From the human T2T-CHM13v2.0 reference genome, Homo sapiens, in NCBI RefSeq assembly GCF_009914755.1, contig NC_060927.1: 64,000 nucleotides of DNA; one strand, given 5' to 3'. Made by a program: the position numbers and the translations under genes. The first letter of the stretch is position 1. Each line of letters starts with the position of its first letter. This document shows positions 13,134 through 31,573 of this stretch, in pieces. A model generated the notes under the pieces. It did not search any database and was not told the DNA's origin. It saw only the letters and a program-made list of their open reading frames with translations.

Positions 13134-13789
13134 TATTTTGTATTTAAGAAAGAAACACTTTGCACACACCAGAGGTATGCATTCTAAATGGGCTAGAAAA
13201 TGTTTAAAAATGCAGATGTGGATGAAATTAGATATTGATCTATTTATCCCTGCTTAGTTGTGCTTTGCTTTGTTATTCATATAGAAGTATATTAAATATC
13301 TGTACTACTGAGTGGAGAAGGTTTATAAAGCAATACTTTATAATAATTTTTAATTTGTATTTAAGGCTAGACATATACTTGATTGATGGTTTATATAATT
13401 ATTCTTAAAACTCTGAATTATACACTATACATAGAATATGACTATTGTAATTAAAGAGGGGGCTCATCCTAATTGATTGTATTACATATGATCCCAATTA
13501 CTTCTATCTTGGAAGAGAACATCTAGTGTAATCTTGTCAAGAAACAACAATTATTTTATTTAATAGAGTTTAGTCTCACGGTATTTTTGGAGAGCCTGCT
13601 ATGTCTACAGAAACTGAGATCTTTGTGTTATTCAATCCAAAAGGAATCTCTGGTTACTAGAATCACAAACCAGAATGAAAAGTAAAATAAAAGAAATATT
13701 TTTACAGAAGTGATGCTTATGCTTAAAAGAGTATTTCTCCTATTATATTTTTATCTCTTGAAAATATTAAGATAAGTATTAATTATTCA

Positions 13790-14000
13790 GCCTATAATCC
13801 ATTTATAATAAACAACTCAGGTTAAAATCCCAGCTCTACCACTAAATAACTGTAGGACTTTGCCAACCCTCTATCTGCTCATGTGAAAAACGTGAATAGA
13901 AAACATTAGCTTCCTCATAAATTTGTTTGTGGGGGTTAAATGAGATAGTGAATCACATATCAAGTATCAACTTCATAAGACATCAATATATGGTATCAAT
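13790..14000 (+). mobile_element. MIR SINE (diverged)
   Basis: AAATCCCAGCTCTACCACT...CTGT...CTCATGTGAAAA...CCTCATAAATTTGTTTGTGGGGGTTAAATGAGATA. Confidence 0.6.
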
Positions 14001-14364
14001 TACTATGATAAGGCTAGAGGAAACATAAAACTCATTTTTTGGATGAAATTGAATTTCAAGTTCTTTCTCACTGTGGATAAAACAGATTTAATTCTTGGCT
14101 AACTAAAATTAAGTTCAAATCATCATCCTTTCAAGTTTCAGATGGTAATAATTTCTAAATAACTTATTTTTTATGATACAAAACTTTAAAAATTCAGGAA
14201 AACATAAAAAGAAAAAATATCATCTATAATTTAAGAACACATAGATATACCATTAAACTATTAAAATACATTATTTTCATTCTTTTTATACACATTTCAG
14301 TTTCAACAGCATTGGGACTATAGACTACGTACAATTTTAATTACTACTTTTTCATTATGACTGA

Positions 14365-14710
14365 AGTCTAAGGTTCCTTTCCTTGCTGACTGGTTAACCT
14401 AAGCTCCTGAATACTACCCATATTCTTCTCATGTAGCATCCTCCATCTTCAGAGCAGCTATGACTGTGTTGAGTCCTTCTGAACACTTCAAATTTCTCTG
14501 ATTTCCCCCTCTACCACCAGAGAGAAAACATACTTTGCTTTTAATAGTTCATGTGATTAGATAAGCCTCTCAGATAATGTTTCTATTATAAAGTCAACTA
14601 TGCATTAACATATTTTTAGGAATAATATTTCACCATATTCACAGTTTCTGGAGATTAGGGTATGGAATCTGGAGGGAAGAGGGGTCCTTTTTAAGAATGC
14701 TGCCTACCAT
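14365..14710 (-). mobile_element. MLT1-family LTR fragment
   Basis: CCTCCATCTTCAGAGCAGC...TCATGTGATTAGAT...AAGTCAACT...CATATTCACAG...AGAATGCTGCCTACCA. Confidence 0.65.
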
Positions 14711-15244
14711 AGACTCCAAGTAAAAAATTAAAGAAATCCAACCAATTCCTAGCAAAATAATTTTTTTAAATCCACACATAACAATACGACATGACTGGAA
14801 GAATGGAATGACTTTTTTCAATGGACTAAAAATCCCTGCTAATCTCAAGTTTTATATCCAGCTAAATTACCCTACACAAATGAAACCTGAGTAATAATGT
14901 TTAATGAACAAAAACTGAGAATGTTCACCACAAATAGTCCTGCACTAAAGGGTATTTTTACTGTCAGAAGAAAAATATTCCAATATAGAAGATGGCATGA
15001 GATGCAAAAGAGAATGTAGAGCAAAGAAAATAGAAAATGTCCGGGTACATCTAATGATTAATAATGCCTTATGTAGTCTTTTTAAAAACAATAATTAAAG
15101 TATACTGTGACAACAGTTTATGAATTAATGTTGGTTAAAGTATCCTAAGGTCCATGGTAATTTTCAGAAGAAGGGTCAAATATTATTTAAGATTAGTCTT
15201 TAATAGGTTAAGGATGCATATTGTATTTTCTTGAGTCACCACTA

Positions 15245-15306
15245 GTGTGTGTGTGTGTGTGTGTGTGCGTGTGTGTGTGTGTGTGCGTGCGTGCGCGCGT
15301 GCGTGC
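15245..15306. repeat. (TG)n/(CG)n alternating purine-pyrimidine microsatellite
   Basis: GTGTGT...GCGTGCGTGCGCGCGTGCGTGC. Confidence 0.95.
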
Positions 15307-16182
15307 TCTTCCAAAGTAGTCGAGGGAAAATAAATGAATTGAAAAAAGTGCTCAATGAATCCTAAAAGAAGGAGAGAGTTATATAGTAGATAAGTGATAA
15401 ATCAAAAGCACAAGATAGTAGATTTAAACCCAAATAGTAATTGTATTAGATACAGATGAATAATGTTCCACTTAGAAGACAAAGACTGTTAAATAAGAGG
15501 GGGAATCCAAATGCTAGCACAGCAGTCTGAAATCAACTTGGGATTCTGGAGCTTGGCTCAGGGAGGGGCGTACGCCATTGCTGAGGCTTAAGTAGGTGGG
15601 TCTATGCTCACAGAATAAACAAAGTGGCAGGGAAGCTTGAACTGGGTGGAGCCCACTGCAGCTCAGCAAGGCCTACTGCCCTCTAAATTCCACCTCTGGG
15701 GACAGGGCATATCTGAACAAAAGGCAGCAGACAGCTTCTGCAGACTTAAACGTCCCTGCCTGACAGTTCTGAAGAGAGCAGTGGTTCTCCCAGCATGGCG
15801 TTTGAGCTCCGATAACGGACAGACTGCCTCATCAAGTGGGGGGTCCTTGACCCTCATGTAGCCTGACTGGGAGACACCTCCCAGTAGGGGCTGACAGACA
15901 CCTCATACAGACAGGTGCTCCTCTGGGATGAAGCTTCCAGAGGAGGGATCAGGCAGCAATATTTGCTGTTGAGCAGCCTCCGCTGGTGATACCCAGGAAA
16001 ACAGGGTCTGGAGTAGGCCTCCAGCAAACTCAAACAGACCTGCAGCTGAGGGGCCTGTCTGTTAGAAGGAAAGCTAACAAACAGAAAGGAATAGCATCAA
16101 CATCAACAAAAAGGACATCCACACCAAAACCCCATCTGTAGGTCAACAGCATCGAAGACCAAAGGTAGATAAAACCACAAAG

Positions 16183-17199
16183 ATGGGGAGAAACCAGAGC
16201 AGAAAGGCTGAAAATTCCAAAAACCAGAATACCTCTTCTTCTCCAAAGCAACACAACTCCTCACCAGCAAGGGAACAAAACAGGATGGAGAATGAGTTTG
16301 ACGAGTTGACAGAGGTAGGCTTTAGAAGGTCGATAATAACAAACTTCTCCAAGCTAAAGGAGCATGTTCTAATTCATTACGAGGAAGCTAACAACCTTGA
16401 AAAAAGGTTAGACAAATGACTAACTAGAATAACCAGTGTAGAGAAGTGCTTAAATGACCTGATGGAGCTGAAAACCACAGTATGAGAATTTCGTGAAGCA
16501 AACACAAGCTTCAATAGCTGATTCAATCAAGCAGAAGAAAGGATATCACTGATTAAAGATCAAATTAATTAAATAAAGTGAGAAGACAAGATTAGAGAAA
16601 AAAGAGTGAAAAGAAATGAACAAAGCCTCCAAGAAATATGGGACTATGTGAAAAGATCAAATCTACATTTGAGTGGTGGACCTGAAAGTGATGGGGAGAA
16701 TGGTACGAAGTTGAAAAACACTCTTCAGGATATTATACAGGAGAACTTCCCCAACCTAAGAAGGCAGGCCAACATTCAAATTCAGGAAATACAGAGAACA
16801 CCACAAAGATACTCCTCGAGAAGTGCAACCCCAAGGCACATAATTGTCAGATTCACCAAGGTTGAAATGAAGGAAAAAATGTTAAGGGCAGCCAACGGGT
16901 TACCCACAAAGGGAAGCCCATCAGACTAACAGTGGGTCTCTCGGCAGAAACCGTACAAGCCAGAAGAGAGTGGGGGCCAATATTCAACATTCTTAAAGAA
17001 AAGAATGTTCAACCCAGAATTTCATATCCAGCCAAACTAAGCTTCATAAGTGAAGGAGAAATAAAATCCTTTACAGACAAGCAAATGCTGAGAGATTTTG
17101 TCACCACGAGGCCTGTCTTACAAGAGCTCCTGAAGGAAGCACTAAACATGGAAAGGAACAACTAGTACCAGCCACTGCAAAAACATGCCAAATTGTAAA
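16183..17199 (+). pseudogene. L1 ORF1p pseudogene
   Basis: ORFs 16183..16419, 16606..16929 and 16932..17165 are ORF1p pieces (EQSLQEIWDYVKR, PRISYPAKLSF). Confidence 0.9.
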
Positions 17200-17261
17200 G
17201 ACCATTGACACTATGAATAAACTGCATCAATTAATGGGCGAAATAACCAGCTAGCATCATA

Positions 17262-21090
<3,829 letters not shown>

Positions 21091-23682
21091 AACAATGAGA
21101 ACACATGGACACAGGGAGGGGAACATCACACACCAGGGCCTGTTGGGGGCTGAGGGGATGTGGGAGGGATAGAATTAGGAGAAATACCTAATGTAAGTGA
21201 CGAATTGATGGGTGCAGCAAACCAACATGGCACATATATGCCTATGTAACAAACCTGCACATTGTGTACATGTACCCTAGAACTTAAAGTGTAATAATAA
21301 TAATAAAATTTTTAAATATTGTATAGGTGTAAATAAATCATATCTCATAAAATGTCTAAAGTTTTAATGTATAGTATATTCTCACCACAAATTTGTAACA
21401 ATAAGATTATTTTAAATTCATTATATTTTTAGAAATAAAAAATTAAATCTAAATAAATCATGTGTTAAAGAAGAAATTAAACTGATAATTAAATATATTC
21501 ACCCAAATGGTAACAAAAATAGTACATAACACACTTGTAGAATCCAGCCAAAGCACTGCATAAATGAAACTATGCGAACTTTATTTATGCATTAGTAGAA
21601 AGAAGACTGAAAATGTTTAAGCTAAACATTTACCCAAAAGGTTCAAAAATGAATTGCAAAATAAACCCAAAGAAAGTAGAAGAAACAAAATAGAAAAAAA
21701 ATTTTACAATAAAAGGAATCATCGAAAGAAAACAGGGGTTTATCAAAAGGCTAACAATGTTAACTTGAAAAAAAAAAGAGAAAGAGCAAGAGAGAAAGAG
21801 AGAATAATAAAGAGAAATGGGGTGAGAAAAGAGAGAGAAAAAATAGAGACATTTAACAGATAACCAAATTTCATGAACAGCTTCATGGTAATTCTGAAAA
21901 TGATAAATGTCTAATTCTTTTTAAAAATATAACTTACTGGAACTAACTCTAGAAGAACTAGAAAACCTGACTAGTATTATAAACATTAAATGAATTGAAT
22001 TGGTAATCAAACTCTTTGCACAATGATTACCTCAAAGCCAGATGTATTAATCAGTGAGTGTTAACAAACATTCAAAAAGGAAACAATTCTAATTCCAGAG
22101 AAATACTGGTAAGAAATAAAAAAAGAAGTTATTATATATATTTATATATATTATTTATATATACTTACAATACATAATCTATAAATACATATATATGATT
22201 TTATGAAGTTAACACAACCTTGATACCAATGTTCTGAAAACCACAATAAAAAATGGAAAGGTACAGACCAATTTCACTCATTAACACATGCAAAAGTTCT
22301 AAATGAAATATTAGCAAGCTGCATTGAGCAACATATAAAAATCTAATTGAATAGCTAGCTTTATTATAGGAAGACAAGTTTGGTTTAATCAAAAATAATC
22401 AACATAATCACTGATTTAATAGATTTAAAAATTATTTTAATCCTCTCAATAACTATAGAAAAAGTAAAACAATTCAAAAAATACACACACACACATACAC
22501 ACACACAAAGAGAGAAAATATATATTTATTATATAAACTCTAAGCAAGCCTGGAATAGAAGGAAATTTCTTTAATGTGATAAATAGTATATACAAAATGA
22601 ACTACTAGGAACATACTAATTAATAGTAAAACATAAAAATATTTATCTATTTGATATGTAGAACAAGACAAGAATGCCCCTTATCACTACTTCCATTCAT
22701 GGGAAAAGAGTGAATAAAAAGTGCGAAAAAAAGAAAGAAGAAAAAAGTTCAGTTATTCTCAGAATATATCTTTGAATGTGTTAAATATTCAAAAATTATC
22801 AGCAAAAATTTATAACTAATAAGGAGTTTAGTAAGATTGGTAGATGCAAAGTAACCATAAAAGATAATTTTATTTCAAAATGCACAAAGCAAAAACAAAA
22901 AAGAAAGGAAATATTTAAAAAGGTATCAAATATGTCTATTAACTAGAAAACAATATGAAAATGTATAAAACCTATAACAGGCAAGTTCTACAAATTTTAA
23001 AAGAGACATTAGAGAAGTTGTAAATAAACTGAGATATGTGCTGTTCATAGACAGTGCTCTCTATATATGTCAATTCTCCACCCAAAAATCCTAACGGATA
23101 TTTTAAGTATATTAAAAGTTTTTTATTGGAAGTGATTTATATGGAAATGCAAAGGGGCAAATTACACAAGATACTCAAAATAAATGATTCCAACAGGAAC
23201 TTACACTATTAGGTATCAATACTCAAGTAATTAAAGCTATTGAGCACTAACACAGAGATAAGAAATAATAACAAGCGAATGGAAAGAATAAAGATCAGAA
23301 AACTAATACACATATAATGGACAATTGATTTACCAACAAGACATGAATGCAGAGTAATAGGAAATAGATTTTTTCAATGAAAGTGCTGCATCAGTTGGCA
23401 ATCAAACTGGAAAAAATTCGAAATTCACTCACTCATAGTTTATACCTTATAAAAGAATTCCAGGAGGATTATTGATCTAAAAGTCAATAGCAGAACTAGG
23501 AACTTTCTAGAAGATAATATAAAAGCATATCTCTATGATCTTGAAGTAATGAAATATTTTTAATCCAAAATGATACCAAGTACTAAAGAGGTTGTTAAAG
23601 ATTGATGTTTTCCTTCAAATTTAAAAAGTCTCTGTATCAAAGAAACAACATTAAACAAGTTACAAGACAAATGACAGAGACA

Positions 23683-23820
23683 TTTTCTTTTCCTTCTTCT
23701 TCTTATTTTTTTCCATTTTTTCCTTCTTTTTGTTTTCTCTTTTCCCTTTTCTTCCTCTCTTCCTTTGTTTCTACCTCCTTCTCTTCTTCTCCCCTCCCTT
23801 TCCTTTCATTCTCTCCCTCA
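23683..23820. repeat. CT-rich low-complexity tract
   Basis: Direct reading. Confidence 0.8.
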
Positions 23821-24020
23821 GTCATGTTGCAAACATTTGCATGATATGTAAATGACAAAGGCTTAACTGTAACTTATGAGCATAAGTTACATATGACCCA
23901 AAAAAGACATGACCCAAAGGGAAAATGGGCACTTCTCAAAAGAGGGATTTTTAATGGTCCATACACATAAAAAATTGCTCAGAGAAATTCAGATTTAAGC
24001 CACAAGAAAATACCATATAC

Positions 24021-24846
<826 letters not shown>

Positions 24847-25019
24847 GCCATCTAACTGGCAAAACTATAAGCATTACAGTACCAAATATTGCTAATGGAG
24901 AAAGAAAATGAACTTTCAAGCAAGAGTTTTACTTCTGTATTTATACCCTAGGGATATGCATGCACATGAATGCAGCATGCATATACAGATTACTTATGGC
25001 AGCATTGATTTTATTTTCT

Positions 25020-25160
25020 AATAGCAAATGAAGGAAAGAATGACTGAGGAAGAGGATAAGATGGGGGGAAGGTTAAAAGAAAGAAGGAGGAAGCAAAGAA
25101 AGGAAACGAGAAGGGGAGGAGTTAAAAGGAATAAAATAAATAAAAAGAAAGTAAAAGAAA
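25020..25160. repeat. GA-rich low-complexity tract
   Basis: Direct reading. Confidence 0.7.
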
Positions 25161-25651
25161 TAATATAAACATTCATCAATATTAAATAAAATGGATAAAT
25201 AACTGATGACATATTCATAACTGGTTGTATATACAAATATTACAAACTACACAACAATAAAAATAAATAAGCTATAGATTTATATATAAACTTTATACCC
25301 ATAATATTGAGTTAAAGAAGCAAGACACAAACACATATATGCAGAATTATTCCATTCATATAAGATTTAAAAACCAGGAAAACCCATATTATTTAAGGAT
25401 GCATGCTTGGTGTTGAAATAAAATTCAGTATAGTGGTTACCTTTGGGGCAAGTAGGAAAGAGGTTTTTTGTGTGTTGGCCCCATTCTGTCTTGATTTATG
25501 TGATATTCATATATGTGCTTGCTTTATAATTGTTGTATGTTTTATGTAGTTTTCATCATTTGTGTTATATTTGCCAATTTTTAAAATAAATGATTAAGAA
25601 TAGCAATGCATGGAAAATCTTTATAAATAAATCTCTATCTAATTTTCTTAG

Positions 25652-26016
<365 letters not shown>

Positions 26017-26027
26017 CTCAAGTTCTT

Positions 26028-26064
26028 ATAGATGATAGATAGGTAGGTAGATGGATAGATAGAT

Positions 26065-26112
<48 letters not shown>

Positions 26113-26126
26113 CAGATAGATAGACA
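26028..26126. repeat. Compound (GATA)n tetranucleotide STR
   Basis: TAGA/TGA/TAGG/TGGA variants followed by a long pure TAGA run. Confidence 0.95.
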
Positions 26127-26413
26127 GGTTTCTTTAAAATCATCTACCAATTTATACTTTCACCACAGTTAATGAGATTGATGATACTCCCGAACACTTG
26201 TTAGTGTGTTTTGCAACTTTGCTCAAAATTGGCAAAAGTAGATGAAAAATGGAAAAACAAATATACATGGGCTTTTTTGCTCTGATTGAAGACTCATTTA
26301 AGTACAGCTATCTTATTTGTGTCCTACTCTGCTCCAATAAAAACAAAATAGCTTATTCTACAACCTGAGCCAGAAAATGGCTTTAAATGGTCCTCTGATT
26401 AACTTCCCTTCTA

Positions 26414-26423
26414 TACACACAGA

Positions 26424-26486
<63 letters not shown>
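26414..26486. repeat. (CA)n microsatellite
   Basis: Direct reading. Confidence 0.95.
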
Positions 26487-26488
<2 letters not shown>

Positions 26489-27152
26489 CAACATATACTT
26501 TATATCTGGCTCCTTGACTCTACCCTGGCCCTTCAATCAGGATTGATATTCTGTTTTTCCTCTGAGTTCCAACATAGTCTTCTCATTATTTTCCTTTTCC
26601 TTTAAAAGCTTCACTTGGTGAAAATGCTGTTGACCTCTCTCGTTTTTAGTAAAGCCTAAGAATATCATTAACTCTTGGCTAAAAGTCATGGCCACACTAA
26701 CATGATATACTTGAATCCGACTCTCTACTCCATCACACCATGCCATAAGAATTTAGTAAGTATTGTTGAATTATGAACACACATGTAAATATTTCTCACT
26801 TTCTTCATTACCATTTTAATGAAAATTACCATTCTTGCACCAATATAGCATATACTTTATATACATATATCTTAAACATTTTCCATTTTTCAAGAATTCA
26901 AATACATGATACATTATCATCTTGATAACACAAAGAACACAACATGGAGGAAGACTGAGAAAATAGCTTCCCAGTGTTTAGTCACTAGTGATTCTACAGA
27001 CTTTCCTTTAGTGTTTTCTACTAGAATTTTAATATGTCCTGCCATGGCTCTGCAAGAATAGAGCTGCCTGGGAAAGGAGACAATGAAAAAAAACTGGACC
27101 CAAAGTTAGAAAAAGTTAAGAAGGAAATCCAAGAAATAATATATTTTGAACC

Positions 27153-27220
27153 TAAATAAAAGGACTCCCTTCCACCAGAGTGTACATAAATATAAGGACT
27201 CCCTTCCACCAGAGTGTACA
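27153..27220. repeat. 34-bp tandem duplication (33/34 identical)
   Basis: TAAATA(A/T)AAGGACTCCCTTCCACCAGAGTGTACA x2. Confidence 0.95.
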
Positions 27221-27719
27221 AATAGGTATAAAAGAAGCAATTATATCTTCCCATTTTATCCTCAAAATTGGCCATTTAGAAACAAAACAGATAGCACCCA
27301 TTCATCTGAGAAGCAGAACCTTTTTCATAGCATTGGGAAAGGAATGTCAGGGCACAGGGAAAGGAATCAGATATACCTGATATACCTGAGTTATAGGTAT
27401 CAAAACCATAGGCAAAACCTGTCACAGGTAAAGCTGTGACCCTCCAACATCCTTTATAAATTACAATATGTAATAGCAGCTTTCTGTTGAAGAGCTACAT
27501 GAACTGAGAAGAAATGTTTATGGAAAAGAGCCAGATATTCAGGCAGCAAGATCATGTGAGAACTGAACAAGAGTTTTAAGTGCTTTCAACCTCTCTGCTC
27601 TACAGATCAGGTTAAAAACTCTAACCCCTTCAAATTTAGGTCAAATGACCTTAGGGCAAATACAAAGCAATACCTTTGCTTCAAATGCAGCAACTAGATG
27701 GAGCCAGAAGAAATTAAAC

Positions 27720-28200
27720 ACTCCTATAGAATATCACTTGGAAGATGTTGCACAATTCAACAAACAGAAAAGAATAGTGGAGGTGCCACCAACACAACCC
27801 TCTTATCATAGAAAGAAACATTCTTTTCAAGTAAACATGGAACATTCACTAAAAGAAATAATCTGGACCATAAAACAAGTCTTAACAAATTTTAAAGATT
27901 GAAGTCATACAGAATATATTCTCTGGCTTCAGTAGAATTAAGCTAGAAATCAATAAGAAAATAATATTTGGAATAAGCTACACATACAATCTTGGACCAA
28001 AACATAAATTGCTGTGAAAACTAGAAAATTCTTTGAAATCAGTAATGAAAATATGACCAAACAAAATGTGTGGAATGCAGCCAAAGAGTACTTAGAAGGA
28101 AATTTGAAGCTTTAAATATGTATATTCACTTTGAAAAAGATAGCAACCTATACACTCAAGATCTCTGCAGTTGACTTTGTATATATTAATCTTCAATTTC
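27720..28200 (+). mobile_element. L1M ORF2 endonuclease-region fragment
   Basis: TTCTTTTCAAGTAAACATGGAACATTCAC...CCATAAAACAAGTCT...GCTAGAAATCAATAA...GTGGAATGCAGCCAAAG. Confidence 0.7.
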
Positions 28201-30281
28201 AAAAGTTTAGACAAACAGGAAATCATCTGATTTTAAAATTTACACTAAAATTCAAATGAGTGATAACATTCAACTACATCTACCTTTTAAGAAAAATTAT
28301 CTAACTAAAATGATTTTTTGATCATGTTTTCAAGTAAAGTGCCATTACAAAGGAAAATTTCAGCTGGTCAATACAGGAGAGTTTAGAAGCCTTTCAAATA
28401 GTAACTTAGGCCAACCCATCTAGCAGGAATTTATATAAAAATTGCATTACAGGGACACATTTAGGTGAAATAGAACTAAGAAAGTAAGATGTTGATATGT
28501 GATTAAAAAAAGACAAAGAAAAATAATTTCCCAAATATATTTTAATAGGCTCAGATTTTAAATGGTAAATGGAGACCTATGAAACTCTTATGAAACTCTT
28601 TACTGATATCAACCATATTATATCTAGGATAATCTTTAGAAAAGATCCTGTTAAACTCTCAGTTGCCTCCCAATTTGTACTCCCATGTTGATTTCTCTAT
28701 GATTCTATAGAGAATATAATTCTTATTCCGCCTCTTCTACCATTGATTATTTAACAAGTTCTTAGGATTTTGAAGCCCATCTTAATGTTAACTCAGTTAA
28801 ATATTATTAATAGTTGTTATTGTGGTTCTGTACACATAGTTGACTTAAAAACATGTGTTTACTGAAAATATATGCTTAGCAGAATTGAGAGTCAAATTTA
28901 ATTTGGTTCAAATGCATCTTGTTGGTTCTTCATTTTCAAATTTATTGACACTTCAGCATTGATTTAATCTAAACTTACCTGCCTTTTCCCCTCCTTAGTG
29001 AAAAAGAAATATTTCCAAATGATATATAATTTGGAAGTGGTACTTTCATTTTACCTTTTACTACAGTGTACTTAACAAGATACTTTCTTCTTCCTCTTCC
29101 ATAAACAACTATTTCTTTTTCTCCCTGCTTTCCCATCTAAATGTTTAAAGACAATTTATCAACCTGGTTGCACTTGACTGCAAACACATTAGATCAAGAA
29201 CAAAGAAGCATAGCTTTTAAGAACTATAGATACAAGTAGGTCATCATGGTCACTGAAATGATATTTAGTGTCATTTGCAACATAAAAGACAACAACTTCT
29301 TGACTTTGAATTTGAGTTTCTATTCATAGCTGTGGGGGAAATTTAATATCAGAAACTCATCCCAGAACATTTTGTGAACATGAAAACAAAAAATCTATGT
29401 TATAAAATACAACCATTGCTTAAAATATTAGTCATTGGTAAGTTTAAAGACAAACTTTCACGTCATGGGGCTCATAAGTTCTAGTTTACTCTGGATCAGC
29501 TGAATGGTTTACACACAGGACCACCATCAACCATTTCCACATTTCTGGCAAATGCATACTAAGAGGTGTGAGGAAAAAATAGTCCAGCATCCAACAGGGA
29601 AAAAAGTATAATCTAAATATATAAAATAAATATTTTCTTTTGCATATACTCAGTGGTTCATCATTTTGAAATCACATTATACAATACAATATCCAAAAAT
29701 TTGGAAAATTTCTATGTTATTTTAACATATTATTGATTTGGAATTTTCTATCTAAACAAGAGTTCAACAGATTTGTTTTGTTATAAAACAACATATCCCC
29801 ATTATATATAATTTAGAAAATACAGAATAATGTAAAAACTAATCATACATACTTCCATTATCAAGAGATAGTTATCATTATGTCTGTGTTTATTAATCTT
29901 CTTTCCTGTTTATTATTATTTTGGTGGGATTGGGGGAGGGTTAATTGCACAATTATGGCTACATTGTTTAAATCTTTCTATGCTATTTTAATTACTTAGG
30001 CTGTTTTAATGTTAGTACATAGTTGTTCATAAACTTCATTTACATGGCTTCATAATTCATTGCAAATTGGCTTTGCAACAGTTTACTTTAGCACTTCTCA
30101 ATTTTTTTAACTTTTGATTTGTTTCTCCCACCATTTTTCTTCCTTAAATCTTTTTTATGTTTATGATTTTAGCTTATGATAGATTATGAAAAGTATAATA
30201 AATAAATGAAAGGGTACAGGTATTTTTAAGGGTCTTTTTTTTTTCTGTTACCAGATTGATTTTGATAAAGTTTATACCAAT

Positions 30282-30598
30282 TACTATGTTGTAAATATTT
30301 GTCCCCTCCAAAACTCATGTTCAAATTTAATTGCCATTGTAACAATATTACGAGGTGGAACCTTTAAGAGATTATTAGGCCATATGGGCTCCACCCTAAA
30401 GGGTGGAATTGGTGCCCATATACAAGGTCTAGTGTGGTCCCCTCTTGCTCTCTTGCCTTCTGCCATGGGATGACGCAGCAAGAAGGCCCTCCTCAGATGG
30501 TGGCAGCTTGATCTTGGACTTCCCAGCCTCCAGAACTGTGAGGCAGTAAATTTCTGTTCATTATAAATTACCCAGTCTCAAGTATTCTATTATAGCAG
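30282..30598 (+). mobile_element. MSTC/MSTD-like MaLR LTR
   Basis: CCCCTCCAAAACTCATGTT...GCAGCAAGAAGGCCCTC...CTTGGACTTCCCAGCCTCCAGAACTGTGAG...AATTACCCAGTCTC. Confidence 0.85.
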
Positions 30599-31531
30599 AA
30601 TTTAAGTTCTAATACATCAGTTTATATATTAGCAACAAATGAAAGTATCACTTCAAATCATCTCGCCAAGATTATTTGTAATATTTGCTAATTTGAACAT
30701 AAAATATAGTTAAATGTCATTGTTATTTCTCACTTGGCTTGAGAATCTGGTTCATATTAAAGTAAAACATTGAGAAAAATGCCTAATTATTCGATAAGAG
30801 ATTTCTACAGAACACAGGTTCAATGCCCTTTTTAGAATTTGCTCAAAAGTTCACTGTCTGCCCTCAGTTAGACATCCCAAATAGTCAAGATCCTTAAACT
30901 CCTACTGCGTTTCAGTCTTTCAAGTAAACTTTTCAAATATTTAAACTATTTAAAGGAAAACACTCATGATCTGTGTTTCCAATGGCAAAAGCCAACAGAA
31001 ATTTTATCAGGAGCAAGTATTCTACCCAGCAGTGTTGAAATTGAAACATCATTATTTACATGCTTATTTATAACATTTTTTATTCATTTGGATTATACCT
31101 ACCTATTATTTAAAACACACACACACACATTTTTCAACATACAATTCAAAGCAATGTAAAGTTTCTATTGTCTGTAACTGGCATCCTGTGGGGAAGATAA
31201 TTATCTTATTCTGTGGTAAAACAGCACGTTATATGGTTAGCACAATAACTCATGTCTCAAAAGTACTCTTTGAAACATTATATATATAATTTGTTTGTCT
31301 CCATTTAGCGCACACACAACTGTCTCCATTTGTTTAGTTGCCAAAATAAACTACTACTAAAATAATAGCATACTTCCAAATGAGATAGAAATGGTTAAAC
31401 TCTTCCTTCTATAATTGAAATTTGCCATGTTTAAGTGCCTAAATGTAATTATGGAAAAAAAGAAATTTCCTCTGCTTATATACAAAATAATATTTTATTG
31501 TAATAGTCATCTTGAATTGAACTGAGTTTAC

Positions 31532-31573
31532 CTGTGTAGTGTAGATGGCCAGCATGCATTTTAATCCTATTTC
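31532..31573 (-). other. Candidate 42-nt internal exon of an unidentified transcript
   Basis: Minus strand TGAATTGCTTTTTATACAG|GAAATAGG...ACACAG|GTAAAC. Length is divisible by 3. Motif-based only. Confidence 0.35.

Noticed and set aside
21654-21863. Lys/Arg/Glu-rich ORF
   Set aside because: A-rich decayed L1M ORF2 sequence.
23602-23844. Hydrophobic 'membrane-like' ORF (also 25018..25236)
   Set aside because: Translation of CT- or GA-rich low-complexity tracts.
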